From: Octopus sinensis
Taxonomy: Eukaryota
Direction: 5' to 3'
Length of the DNA stretch: 64,000 nt
Assembly (NCBI RefSeq): GCF_006345805.1
Contig: NC_043014.1
Coordinates: forward strand, 40,052,001-40,116,000
The notes beneath the pieces are model-generated. The model searched no databases. It saw only the letters and a list, made by a program, of their open reading frames with translations, and had not been told where the DNA came from. The position numbers and the translations under genes were made by a program. Shown here one piece after another: positions 13,601 to 27,800 of the stretch. The first letter of the stretch is position 1; every line of letters starts with the position of its first letter.

Positions 13601-16600
13601 CAAAACTGTTATATTTATTTATAGAATAATAATATTAACAAACCCTGATAAATTACAATGTATTCATTTATATTTTTATATATTACAATGTTGTATGTAT
13701 TTTATTCGTCTTGCGAGCTGGCAGAATTGATTATGTCAGACAAAAGGCTTTTTGGCATCATATCTTCCAGCTCTATATGTTCTCGGTTCAAATTCTGATC
13801 AGGTCAGCTTTGCCTTCCATCCTTTTGGGGGTTCTTAAAATAATAATCAGTTGAGCACTGGGTTGATATAATCAACTTACCCCTTCCCTCTAAAAATAAT
13901 TTCTGTCTTTGTGTCAAAATTTGAAACTATTAGGAGTGGGTGTGTGGTAAGTAGCTTGCTAACCAACCACATGGTTCCAGGTTCAGTCCCACTGCGTGGC
14001 ATCTTGGGCAAGTGTCTTCTGCTATAGCCTCGGGCCAACCAAAGCCTTGTGAGTGGATTTGGTAGACGGAAACTGAAAGAAGCCTGTCGTATATATGTAT
14101 GTATATATATATATATATTATATATATATATATATATATAATATATATATATATATGTATGTGTGTGTGTCTGTGTGTCTGTCTCTCTGTCTTTGTCCCC
14201 CCCAACATCGCTTGACAACCGATGCTGGTGTGTTTACGTCCCCGTTACTTAGCGGTTCGGCAAAAAGAGTCCAATAGAATAAGTACTGGGCTTACAAAGA
14301 ATAAGTCCCGGGGTCGATTTGCTTGACTAAAAGGTGGTGCTCCAGCATGGCCGCAGTCAAATGACTGAAACAAGTAAAAGAGTAAAAGAGTATTATTATT
14401 AGCAGAATTCTTTGTGTCAGGGCAAAATCCTTAATGGCATTACATTTTCAGTTGAGTTCTGTACAGGTCGACCTTGCCTTTCATCCTTTTGTAGGGGTCA
14501 ATAAAATCAGTACCAGTTGAGCACTGGGTTGATATAATCAACTCCCCCTTTTCCTTTAAAACATTGCTGGCCTTGTATCAAAATTTGAAACCTTTAATTA
14601 TTATATAGAAATTTATGCAGCAAAATGTATTGTCGTGCCTTTTAATTTTTTTTATTACCTACTTTTCATCGTGTTTACTATAAATGTCTTTCCTCTCCCA
14701 GAGAGATTTTTGTGGGGCGCTGCTGGATTGATTCCATCAGATTCCGATTCTGATGAGAAAAGTGGTAACTATATTGGATTTAATTGTAGCATTAGTACTT
14801 TATAGTTGTATGTGTTTGTATGCTTTTACTAAAAAAAAAAACGTTCAGTATTTGCTCTGTAAATCACAGATATATTGTGCAATAGTTATAGTTTGGCATA
14901 TTGCTTAATTTGTTCTTAAATATTTCTCACTCGAATTTAGTAATTTTTTTTTATTTATTACTCTTTCAATTTCGGAGATGTACTCGCATAGCAAGTGACT
15001 TGATCTGAGATCGTGTGCTGGAACGAAAACAATTGCAGCGTGGAAGGTGTTTGTAAGCCATTTAAGAAACACACAAAAGCCGTTCGATTCACTTCAACAT
15101 TTAAGTTTAATTTGTCAAAATATTTTCGTCGCTTTAAGACCGCGACCTGTTCACTGACAAAAATCCGTGTTGCATCTGAGAAAGTAACAGTTAGTTTGTT
15201 ATATATGTATGTATGTGTGTATGTATGTATGCATGCATGTATGTATGTATGTACGCCTGTATGTATGTATGTATGTGTGTATATGCACGCACACACACAC
15301 TATAAACTTAAAGCAGATGCAGCATGGATTTTTGTCAGTGAACAGGTCGCGGTCTTAAAGCGACGAAAATATTTTGACAAATTAAACTTAAATGTTGAAG
15401 TGAATCGAACGGCTTTTGTGTGTTTCTTAAATGGCTTACAAACACCTTCCACGCTGCAATTCCTTTCAATTTCATCTTCCCAGTAGTTACTTTACATCCA
15501 TTTGCTAGCCTACGAGGATGTATCATTTTTTTCTTTTTTTTCTTTTCTGTAAATTTTTATATTTAAGTACTTACGGGTCAGTTAGCTTTTGTAGTTGAAT
15601 CACCTTTCATGCTACAACACTTTACCTGTCACACAGGAAGGGGAAACTCTTTGTCAGTCAGGAAGACAAGCAAACAGAATTATGTAACAATGCAATAATT
15701 ACAGTAATAAGAATAAATCTTATGACCTTTATGCTCCAGTAGTTGAATCTCAGAGACATTGTTCCTTGCAAATACTATCAATATCAATCAGAATTTTCCT
15801 ACATCTTTCATCATCATCATCATCATCGTTTAACGTCCGTTTTCCATGCTAGCATGGGCTGGACGGTCCGACCGGGGTCTGGGAAACCAGGAGGCTGCAC
15901 CAGGCTCCAGTCTTATCTGGCAATGTTTCTACAGCTGGATGCCCTTCCTAATGTCAACCACTCCAAGAGTGTAGTGGGTGCTTTTTACGTGCCACCAGCA
16001 CAGGTGCCAAGGGAGGCTGGCAACGGCCACGATCGGTTGGTGCTTTTTACATGCCACCGGCACAGAAGCCAGTCAAGGTGGCGCTGGCATCGACCACGTA
16101 TGGATGGTGCTTTTTACGTGCCACCGGCACAGGTGCCAGGGGAGGCTGGTGAACTGATTTTTCTGATTCAAACACACTCAGACTGAAACACCCAAAACTT
16201 CATCCAAAAGAAGCCATCGAACTGATTAACGATGATGCATTCACTAATAGACTATAAACTCTGGCCCACTTATATCACTGGTACAATGACTGTTGCTCCT
16301 TTGATGCAGCCAGTTGTGTACCACCTCCACCCAGCCCACCAATATACCCATCTCTCCTACAATGTCTCACTTTCCTCCCTCTCTCTGTCCATCCATCCTT
16401 TTCACACTAATCAGTTACTTTATACCATCCTTCCTCCTTAAGGTGGCGAGCTGGCAGAAACGTTAGCGCGCCGGGCGAAATGCTTAGCGGTATTTCGCCT
16501 GTCGTTACATTCTGAGTTCAAATTCCGCCAAGGTCGACTTTGCCTTTCATCTTTTTGGGGTCGATAAATAAAGTACCAGTTTCGCACTGGGGTCGATGTA

Positions 16601-19600
16601 ATCGACTTACTCCCTTTGTCTGTCCTTCTTTGTCCCCTCTATGTTTAGCCTCTTGTGGGTTGTAAAGAAATATATACCATCCTTCCTCCTCAGAGCATGA
16701 ATCCCTCCCCACTATCGTTATTATTGAATTATTGATGGTCATATTGAACATAAACTATATTGATCTCACCAGTCTTGGAGCCCTATGAAAGTTGAATTCA
16801 TTGAATGACCCTTTTGACTAAGCCACAGAAAAAAAAAGCAAAAGAAAAAAATGCATTTAATTTAAAATTAGGGAATTTCTCATAGTATTGCTATTAAAAA
16901 AATCTCTAATTTGCATGTCAAGTAGTTTATCAAATTAATAGCATGATGTATTTTTGTTGCATGTTCTTTAACTAAAAACTATGCACTGTGTCAACAATAA
17001 AGAAGTAGAAAATTTTTTAATATTTAAAAAAAAAACCCTAAAAAAAAACAAGACAAAAAACAAAAAAAGCAAAAGCAAAAACAAAAATTAAAGAAAACCA
17101 AAAGACAGCACAGTTATTAATCTTAAATTGCTGTGTTTAGACTAAATAGTGTGTTTAGAGATTTTTGCATCTCTTGAACATGAATTTCTTGAATCTAGAA
17201 TTTGTGAATAGCATTGGTAGATTTATGTCAGTTTGTTAATGTAAACTGAAAGGAAAATACCATTGAGCAGATTTTTCTCAAGTGCGACTCATGGAGCATC
17301 TTTTGATTGCTAATTTCTTGTCAATGGTCACAGGCCTTATAGACAATTACAGTGCCAATCAAACTGATGGATTTCCCAGACCAAGATACATAAAAATGTA
17401 ATTTATGTCTTGCTCTTCATTCGCTGCCCAGTGGTTAGGGCAGCGAACTCGCGATCGGAGGATCGCGGTTTCGATTCCCAGACCGGGCATTGTGTGTGTT
17501 TATTGAGCGAAAACACCTAAAAGCTCTACGAGGCTCCGGCAGGGGATGGTGGCGACCCCTGTTGTACTCTTTCACCGCAACTTTCTCTCAATCTCTCTTC
17601 CTGTTTCTTGAGTAACGCTGCGATGGACTGGCGTCCCATCCAGCTGGGGGGAACACATATGTCACAGAAACCGGGAAACCAGGCCCATGAGCCTGGCTAG
17701 CCTTGAAAAGGGCGACGTTTATCATTTTCGTTTATCTTCATTCCCTACTAATAATCCTACTTTTCAATGTTAATAGCATTTCTGCTCTTTTCAGGGCTTT
17801 AGGATTTCACTGTGACCTTGGCAGGGTGGCTGATGGGTTCTATGCCTTGCCAAGGGGCGGCAGGGTGTGATTTTTTGACTAGGATTGCTTATTGAGCATA
17901 CACAGCTAACTTGTATATCTACAGGCCATCCCCCACTAACTGCAAACTGTTGGCCCAGTGGTTGGGAGTTAGCACCAGAACACCATTCTCAAGTGCAATA
18001 TAAGCAATTTCCATTGAATGCTTCTTTCATATTGTGTGATGCTAATAAGTTTGTTGTGTTGAAAGTCATTGTCATGTTACAGATCTGTGTATGCTTTGTA
18101 AAGGTGATCAGTTTTAATCTATTCAGACTCTTGACACAGCATGATAATAAGGACAATGTTTTGTACTTTGTAACCTTCTATTTATCGTTGATTTTAAAAG
18201 GCTATTAGTTTGCTACTCACTGTTGCATAATATTCAGAAATCGTGAAATTTACTCACTTTATTTTCCTGTTATATAAAATCGAATATTTACTAAGTATGT
18301 ACATCAATTTGATTACTTGCTAAGTTTCATCAGTACCTTCCACTAAACGTCTTATTTTCAGTATATATAGCATGTTTATACTGTAGCTATGGTAATTTAC
18401 TCTAGAGATTATATTATATTTAACCCTTTCGTTACCGTATTCATTTTGAGATGCTCTGTGTTTCTTTCAATTACTTTAAATATAATAAAAAATTTAGTAA
18501 AATAACCTAGTCATCTTTCAGCTGGTGTTAGGATCATAAATGCGACTAAGGCTTGGTGGAAAATTTTAATTCAAAACTTATGAAAACAAAGCATTTGTAC
18601 TCAGAGCCAGGGCTGGTTTCAGCCAGGTTGCTAATGAAAGAGTTAAAGGTATTGACATTATTAATATGCTGATTCTAGTGGTTGAGAAAGAAAGTATTTG
18701 ATTACTAATCAATACATTTTAATTGATTTTTATGGTAAACTGAGTCAGCTGATTTGCTATATAATTTCAGGAGTCAAAATTTCTTTTTACATGTTATATA
18801 GCACGCCAGGCGAAATGCTTAGCGGTATCTCGTCTGTCGTTACGTTCTGAGTTCAAATTCCACCGAGGTCGACTTTGCCTTTCATCCTTTAGGGGTCGAT
18901 AAATTAAGTACCAGTTTCGCACTGGAGTCGATGTAATTGACTTAATCCCTTTGTCTGTCCTTGTTTGTCCTCTCTGTGTTTAGCCCCTTGTGGGCAATAA
19001 AGAAATATATATTCCGATTCTTATGTGGGCATCTTTGAAACCAAGAACATATTCCAAATTTCCATTTGGAGATAGGTGCAACATGGCTCTGTGGTTGAAG
19101 AGCTTGCTTCTAAACCACATGTTTGTGGTTTCAGTTCCACTGTGCAAATGTTTTCTACTATAGCCATGGGCTAACCAATTCCTTGTAAGCGGATTTGGTA
19201 GATGGAAATTGAAAGAAACCTATAGTGCGCACATGTGTGTGTGTGTGCATATTTGTAATGGAGTGGGTTCAATTTTAACATTCAATCTGTATTTAAGCAT
19301 ATCTTGCTTGTTGTTATTGTATGGGAATCTAGTTTTGAAGATGGCAGTAAAGAAATATATATATCTGTTTATTCACATGTCCACTGAAGTGGTACTTGGC
19401 TAGTTAACTGACATGCTGAAATTTGGTGTTGGAAATAGTAAGTTCATTTGCATCATGAAATTCTATGAGCTTTGATCCCTTTTCAGTTAAGCTATACCCA
19501 CCAGCATATATATCCTGGTGTTTACTAATATGTCCACCAAAAGCCCCAGCTTTAGAGAGACTTAGAAATAATAATATTTCTATTTTTGAAAACCAGTGGA

Positions 19601-21793
19601 TGTATTCCACTGAAATTAGGTAAATAATCCTTCGAACAGGTGGTCAGCAGCGACACCGGCTGGGTTCGGTTACTCTGCATTGATAAAGGGCAAATAGCCT
19701 GAAACATGTCTGCAGATGTCTGACCAGCGAGGGGGAAGCGGCTGACCACCCCTGTTCGAAGGTTATAATGGACACAGGTTCGTGTGTCATATAGCTAGCT
19801 AGAGGCAATGGCCTCTTGGGAGCTAATCAACGGCAGCTTTCATCCTATATTTATGAACTGCCATATTAGCTTGGCAATAACTGTTAATATGATAATATCA
19901 ATATTGTTAATTCTTGAGGTAATCTACCCAAGAGCCATTAGTCACACTTGCTGTGCATATGTAGACACCATGAGGTTATCACATTGCTTGTCATTAAACT
20001 TTATTCTATCACTCATTGAGGTTTCTCCAGAGATAACATCCACCCACTTCTCTGCTTTGTATATATAGACACACCACTTGACCTTGATGTTTTGTTTTTC
20101 CTTTTACAGTTGAAGCACCAATCTATTTCAAATTGGTACATAGTGTACATTAGCCTTTACTATAGCATCTCGTTTATCTCATTAGGTTTATCTTTAAATC
20201 TATTGCAGCTGACTTGAAAAGTGAAGAAATTGTTTAAGAAGGAAGGAATGAATGAATAACTGGCAAATTGGTTGAGTTCATAGAGTGCAGAACAAAATAC
20301 TTTGTAGTATTTTGTCCAGGCTCTCTGTACCTGAGTTCAAATCTTGTTGAGGCCATCTGTGTCTTTAATCCTTTAGGAGTTGGTGAAGGCTATGGCACAG
20401 CCGTTTTGGCACCATCTATTTGGTGTTGCTGAGTCAATGCTGACTTATTTGACATCAGATGTTTTAGTGTTTCTCTTATTCCCTGGTGTCCCGCTCTCCT
20501 TCTCTGTGTATGTGTGAGAGTATATTTCTCTTTATGTGTATGAAGAGAGGGAAAGTTTTAATGCTAATCATCATCATCATTTAACATCGGCCTTCCATGC
20601 TGGCATGGATTGGATGGTTTGACAGGAGCTGGCCAGGTAGAAGACTACCCCAGGCTACTGAGTATGTTTTGGCATGGCTTTTAGGGCTGGATGCCCTTCC
20701 TAACTTCAACCACCCTGTTCTTTTCCACCAGCACAGGCGAGGTCAGTTTTGGCAAGGTTTTTACAGCTGGAAGCCCTTCCAAATGCCAACCCCTTTACTG
20801 TGCGGACTGGATGCTTTTTAACCCTTTTGTTACCAACCCGGCTGATACCGGCTCTGGCTCTGAGGACAATTGTTTTGTTTTCATACATTTTGAATTAAAA
20901 TTTTCCACCAAACCTTAGTCACACTTTATGTTCCTAACACTAGCTTAATGATAACTAAGTTGTTTTACTAAATTCTTTATCATATTTACAGTAATTGAAA
21001 GAAACACAGAGCATCTCAAAATAAATACAGTAACAAAAGGGTTAATAAATTGTAATCTCTCTCTCTCTCACTCTTGTATTTTTTCAAGCTGTATGTATAT
21101 ATTTCTGTGCAATGTGCATGTGTCTGAGTATGAGTGTTTGCTTCCAGTGCTAAAAAGTACTGTCCCCAAGACAGGCTCAGTGTTCAGTCAGCTGGACCAG
21201 ATCGTCAACATCCAACCGACCAAGTCCAATCGTCTCTTCCTGGTTGATGAAATAAAGAACCAAAGTAGAGTGGTTGGTTGGTTAAATAGTTAGATCCTTA
21301 GATAAGATGCCTTCTGATTATTTGTTCTGGCCTTTTGCATGCTGAGTTTAACCCATCTCACAGAAACCTTAAGAAAAAGAAAAAGGTAAATCTATGTACA
21401 TTGCTCTTTGTCCCTTGACTAAATGGTAAGTCAAAAGTTAGGAAGTGATTCTTTGGACTTCCTTTTTGAACAAATGAGGTTTGTAATGTTGTGGTTATAA
21501 ACATACTAATATCTGTCAGTACATTGAAACTTGTTAGTTTATCACAAAATTATTGTTGATTGTTAAAAATTATCTTTTTGTGTTTCATATTGTCCTCCTA
21601 AAAAAACAAAAAAAAAACATTTACAGGCCCAGGCATATCTGTGTGGTAAGAAGCTTGCTTCCCAACCACATTGTTCCGGGTTCAGTCCCACCGCATAGTA
21701 CCTTGGGCAAGTATCTTCTACTATAGTCTTGGGCCAGCCAAATCCTTATGAGTTGATTTGGTAGACAGAAACTGAAGGAAGCTGATTGCATAT

Positions 21794-21852
<59 letters not shown>

Positions 21853-24800
21853 TTTATTTAAAAGCAGCAGAAAATTCAACAAAACCTGTTACTCTAAGTT
21901 TCACGTTCCCATTTGTCGGACAGTTTTTGCTAGAAAAATATATTTATGTGTGTGTGTCTGTTTGCCCCCCTCCATTACTTGATAAGCAGTGTTGGTGTGT
22001 TGGTCCATTTAACTTAGCAGTTTGGCAAAAGAGACTGATAGAATAAGCACTAGGATTGCCAAAAATAAGTCTTGGGGGTCAGTTTCTTAAACTAAAAAAA
22101 AAAGCCCTTTTAAGGCAGTGCTCTCCAGAATGGCTGCAGACAAATGTCTGAAACAAATAAAAGGATAAAGAATACAGGAAGAAAATCATTGATGAACAAG
22201 TTGAAGATCTTATATATTTCAAAGTCATTTGAATTAGACTCCCATTTAATTAGCATTTATTCCTTGTAAGCTCATTCAAACAAAAATATACTTGAAGTCT
22301 TGGTTTTGTGGGATGATCATTTTTGTTTTGGAGAAAATTCTAATCTTCTTCAGGACACAATTTAATAATACAATTGATATTAAATTTTGCTCAGAAGGTG
22401 GTGAGCTGGCAGAATCATTAGCACACTGAGCAAAATGGTCTGAGTTCAAATTCTGCCGTGGCTGTCTTTGTCTTTCATCCTTTCGGGGTCAATAAAATAG
22501 TATCAGTTGATCATTGGGGTCAATGTAATTGACTTACCCAACCCCCAAAATTGCTGGCCTTGTGCCAAAATTTGAAACTAATATTAAATTTTGTTTCACT
22601 GAAATTGAAAGTTATATTACTGCGTTCAGTAAAAAAGTGAAATATTTTTGGAATAAAATTTATTGGATATTTTAGAAATTAAATACATTTTTTACTCCAC
22701 CATAATGTGAAATTATATTTTAAAGTTACAGATATGTACTTGCATAGCAAGTGACTTGATCTGAGATCGTGTGTTGGAATGAAAACAATTGCAGCGTGGA
22801 AGGTGTTTATAAGCTATTTAAGAAACACACAAAAACTGTTAGATTCACTTCAATATTTAAATTTAATTTGCCAAAATATTTTCATCGCTTTGAGACCACA
22901 ACCTGTTCACTGACAAAATTCCTAGATGCAGCACAGAATTTTGTCAATGAACAGGTCACGGTCTCAAAGTGAGGAAAATATTTTGGCAAATTAAATTTAG
23001 ATGTTGAAGTGAATCTAACGGTTTTTGTGTGTTCCTTGAATGGCTTATAAACACCTTCCACACTGCAATTGTTATATTTTAAACACATTTTAAAAATTTG
23101 ATAATATTTTTTTCAGCATTACCACAAGGTTATCAAACTCAGAGATATGGCAGTATCAATGAAAGACGGAACGGTAAGTAGAATGCGTTGTTTCAAGTTA
23201 ATAATAATAACTAAGATATTTAGAAAACATCTATCTTTGTAATTGACTTGTAAAATGAAGTGATGCTAACAAAAATTCTGATGTTCTTGAGAACTTTAGC
23301 TGAAAGAGAAAAATGAAATTGTCACCCATAATTATGACCCTAGTATCGATCTATTGCATTTCAATCTGTTTTAGGGTTAGGGTTAGTTAGGGTTAGGGTT
23401 AGGGGTGGGGGGAAGGGTATCTTTTTTTCTTCACAAATGTAAATAAACCCAATCTGTTTCTTAAACGAGGGACATATTCATACGGCACAGAATGTTTTTT
23501 TTGCCTCAATGGACGTCATTGATTGGTTGAAATTGCAGAAATTGAAGAAAAAAAACAACAACTATCTTACAAACTATAGAATTTTCTCAATAAAGCCAAG
23601 AGAAAAAGATGTTTTATAAACACATTCTACCAGTATACGAAGTTTATAATTTTTTAGTTACCTAGAAATTATGTTAAAAACTGCTGTTCAAACTGAAAAG
23701 ATCCTGATATTTTGAGCTTGTTTGTAACAGATAATTTGGTTGTAATGTTGTGATAGAAAGACACAGATATTAGTTGGATTATCACAAAAAATAATTTGAT
23801 TATTAAGAATTATCCTTTAACTCCTTTGTTAACATATTTATGTTGAAATACAACTTTGTGTTTTCAATTAATTTAAAAAATAATGAAGTTAAACTAAAGA
23901 GGTGAAGGCACATGGCTTAGTGGTTAGGGTGTCAGCATCATGATCGTAAGATTGTGGTTTCGATTCCTGGACCGGGCGATGCGTTGTGTTCTTGAGCAAA
24001 ACACTTCATTTCACGTTGCTCCAGTCCACTCAGCTGGCAAAAATGAGTAACGCTGCGATGGACTGGTATCCCGTCCAGCTGGGGAACACATACGCCATAG
24101 AAACCGGGAAACCGGGCCCATGAGCCTGGCTAGGCTTTAAAAAGGGCGCATTTTTTAAACTAAAATAACTTTGTCATCATTAAGCTGATGTTTGGAACAA
24201 AAATTAACATGAAATTTTTAATTTTTCTGCTTTTACAGACAACGTGACAGCGCCTCTTTTAAATCCCATGTCTCCCAGTGCCACTACAGAAGATACTTCA
24301 TCCGTCAACTCCTCGTTAGACACGGAGGATATTGATTTTCTGAATGATGCAGAAGAAGAAAAAGATGTCTTCAGAACAAAGGTGATGCTTGTTGATTACA
24401 TGAAACTCAGGTGTTATGAGCACCAGTTTGAGACTGACCAGAGAAACTGATTCACTGAAAGAACTCAGTTGTCATAATGTTGTTCCTTCTCGAGCCATGC
24501 CTGGCTCATAGGGCCGGTTTCCCGGTTTCCTTCATCATCATCATTGTTCGACCGTGGTCGAGACAATGGAATTTACCATGTTACGCCAGACTTCACGGTC
24601 CATCATGGCATTATGGAGGTCCTGTTGCTGGATGCCTGTATCCCTGGAGATTACATCAGGGTAGGAGAGTGTGCGCCCTCTGGTAATCGCGAGTAGATGG
24701 CTTCCAGAGGAGAAGAGTAGAAATTACTTCTTTTTCAGCTCTACAACAATGTCCAGCAAACTGGACTCTTCTACCTTTCACAAGATTTCCTTGGCGTATA

Positions 24801-27800
24801 GGTTCCCCACCAGGACAGGACACCGGTCCGTCGCAGGTGATCTGCAAGATGCAGGAGGAAAGAGTGAGAGAAAGTTGTGGCGAAAGAGTCAGCAGAAGTT
24901 TCGCCGTTACCTTCTGCCGGAGATGCGTGGAGCTTAGGTGTTTCGCTCATAAACACACACACATTGCCCAGTCTGAGATTCGAACCCACGATCCCTCGAC
25001 CACGAGTCCGCTGCTCTAACAACTAGGCCATGTGCCTCCACAGATGTCACAATGTGGTCTCCTGGGAACCCTGGATGTTGGCCACTGGGAGATTGCATTA
25101 CAATCTAGCTGTGTAGTGAGAAGTTTGCTTCCCAATTGCTTGGTTGTGGGTTCAATCCTACTGTGTGGCATCTCAGACAAGTGTTTTCTACTATAGCTCC
25201 TGGTCAACCAAACCCTTGTGAGAGGATTTGTAGATGGAAACTGAATGAAGCCTGTTGTTTATACATATGCATACATACATATACATATACATATATATAT
25301 GTATGTATATATATATATATATATTTATATATATGTATGTATATCATCATCATCATCATCAACATCATCATCGTTTAACGTCCACTTTTCATGCTAGCAT
25401 GGGTTGGACGATTTGACTGAGGACTGGTGAACCAGATAGGTGTACCAGGCTCCAATCTGATCTGGCAGAGTTTCTACAGCTGGATGCCCTTCCTAACGCC
25501 AACCACTCTGAGAGTGTAGTGGGTGCTTTTATATGCCAGTAAGGTGACGCTGGTAACGCCCTAACCACTTCTGAAGTGGGAGAAACGTGGAATGGTATCT
25601 AATTTGTAAAGATGAAACAGTCTGTTGTTCATGATGTTGGACTCATGATCGCAAGGTTGTGATTTTAATTCCCGAACTAGATGATGTATTGTGTTCTTGA
25701 GCAAAACACTTCATTTCACATTGCTACAGTCTACTCAGCTGAAAATGAGTTCCAGCAATAGTTGGGAAGTTAACCTCCAATGGACTGGTGTCCTATCCAG
25801 GGGGGAGTATTGTAATCTCAGTCACTTATATGGCACAGAAACTAGGTTTAACCCTTTGGCATTCAGATTACTTTGTCAAGTGTAATACTTATTATTCACA
25901 TTGCTTTGAATTGATCGTATATTATCTAGTGGCTTTGAGATTTCAATCATGTGATTGTATATTTTTAGAATGTCATTGTAGGGTAGGTGTGAGAAGCCAG
26001 AGCTAGCCAGTTTTAACATAAAACAAGTAGAATATTAGGGCCGGATGTGGCAAGTTTAAATGCTAAGGGGTTAAGCTCTGACCTTATGGATCCTAAGACT
26101 CCTGTCCGACCCAGTACCAGGTCCTCTATTAATTTGGTTACTTGGTAACTGACAGATATGCAGTTCCAGTCTATTCAGTCTATCCTGTTTCTCTTTTCAT
26201 TTTTAAACTGGTGCTTGTAATGTCTGATGTCATTGTGTTTGCTACATTATCACATTTTCTATCACATATCGTGTGGTATATTTGAAATATAAATATTTCC
26301 TGTTGTTGTTTTAATTTCAGACAGCTTTATTTGTGTCTGACTTATCTCGTAAAGGGAGGAAAAAACTGGAAAAATATGGGAAAGTGTACAACTGGTAAGA
26401 GTGTATTTATTTTTACAACTATAAATATTTGTAATGGCTCCATGTCTAAGGAGTTCAGTTTGGAACCATGTGGTTAGGGGTTTGGTGCCATTGTCTGGAT
26501 GCTGTTGGCTGAAGCCTTGTGAGTGGATTTGGTAGACAGAAACTGAAAGAAGCCTGTCATATATATATGTGTGTATATATATATATATATCTATGTATGT
26601 ATGTGTGTGTATATGTTTGTGTGTCTGTGTTTGTCCCCCAACATCGCTTGATAACCAATGCTGCTGTGTTTACATCTCTGTAACTTAGCGATTCAGCAAA
26701 AGAGCCTGATAGAATAAGTACTAGGCTTACAAAGAATAAGACCTGGGATCGATTTGCTCGACTAAAGGCGGTGCTCCAGCATGGCCACAGTCAAATGACT
26801 GAAACAAGTAAAAGAGCAAAAGAGTGTAGTTTTACCAGGCAAATGGTCATAAAACATTTGTTGTTGTTTAGATGTCACAGATGTGGCTTTCTACTGGTTT
26901 TCCTTGTTTCTAAAAGTATTGGGTTGTCTGGAAAGTTCATGCCGATTTTTAAAGGAAAGAAAAAGGTCAATAAATACTTGCCATTACATTTTTAATCAAC
27001 CAAATACGAACCATTTTGTTGCACAATGCGTCTCCATCTTTCCTTTAACTTGAAAATACCCTCTTCCCAGAATTGAGGTGGTTTCATGGCAAAGAATTCA
27101 TCAAGGTATCTTTTTACGTCATCCAAGGAATTGAAATTTTTACCATTAAGACTATTCTGCAGAGATCTGAATAAGTGGAAATCCGAAGGAGCAATATCTG
27201 GTGAATATGGAGGTGGGGTAACACATCCCAGCCAAGCTGCAGCAATTTTTGTCTTGTTCCCAAAGCATCAAGTGCTGAAAATGAACTTTCTTATCTTCCA
27301 TTTTAAAGGGTTACAGAATCAACACAGGTTATAGGAACATGAACCTTTTTCCATAAAAAGATACTTTAAACTGTGCTCTAAACGGAGGCATAGTCAAATC
27401 CTATTTTATGGACTCAACCATGTTCTAAAATAAGTCGAAAGGTAAGCTACTATAAATCGGCAAGAACTTTCCAGACAGCCCAATATTTCTCCAGAACTTT
27501 GGTTGTTATTTGTTGCAAATATTTACAAACATAAAAAGATACAGAAATATGCTGTAGATGAGGTGAATAACTCATAAATATTACAAATTATCAATTAAAC
27601 AAAATTGCTGCTACTTTTCGACATTGAGAGGTCACAGCCCCAGTACTATGGACATTTGATTAGAATATTGATTTCAAATTTTGGCACAAGGCCAGCAATT
27701 TTGGGAGGTAGGGTAAGTTGATAACATTGACCCTAGTGCTCGACTGGTACTTATTTTCTTGACCCTGAAAAGGTGGAAGGCAAAGTCAGAATTTGAACTC

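Noticed and set aside
23899-23975. tRNA genes at SINE heads
   Set aside because: A/B boxes are present but no complete cloverleaf is evident, and each continues into a repeat body found many times.
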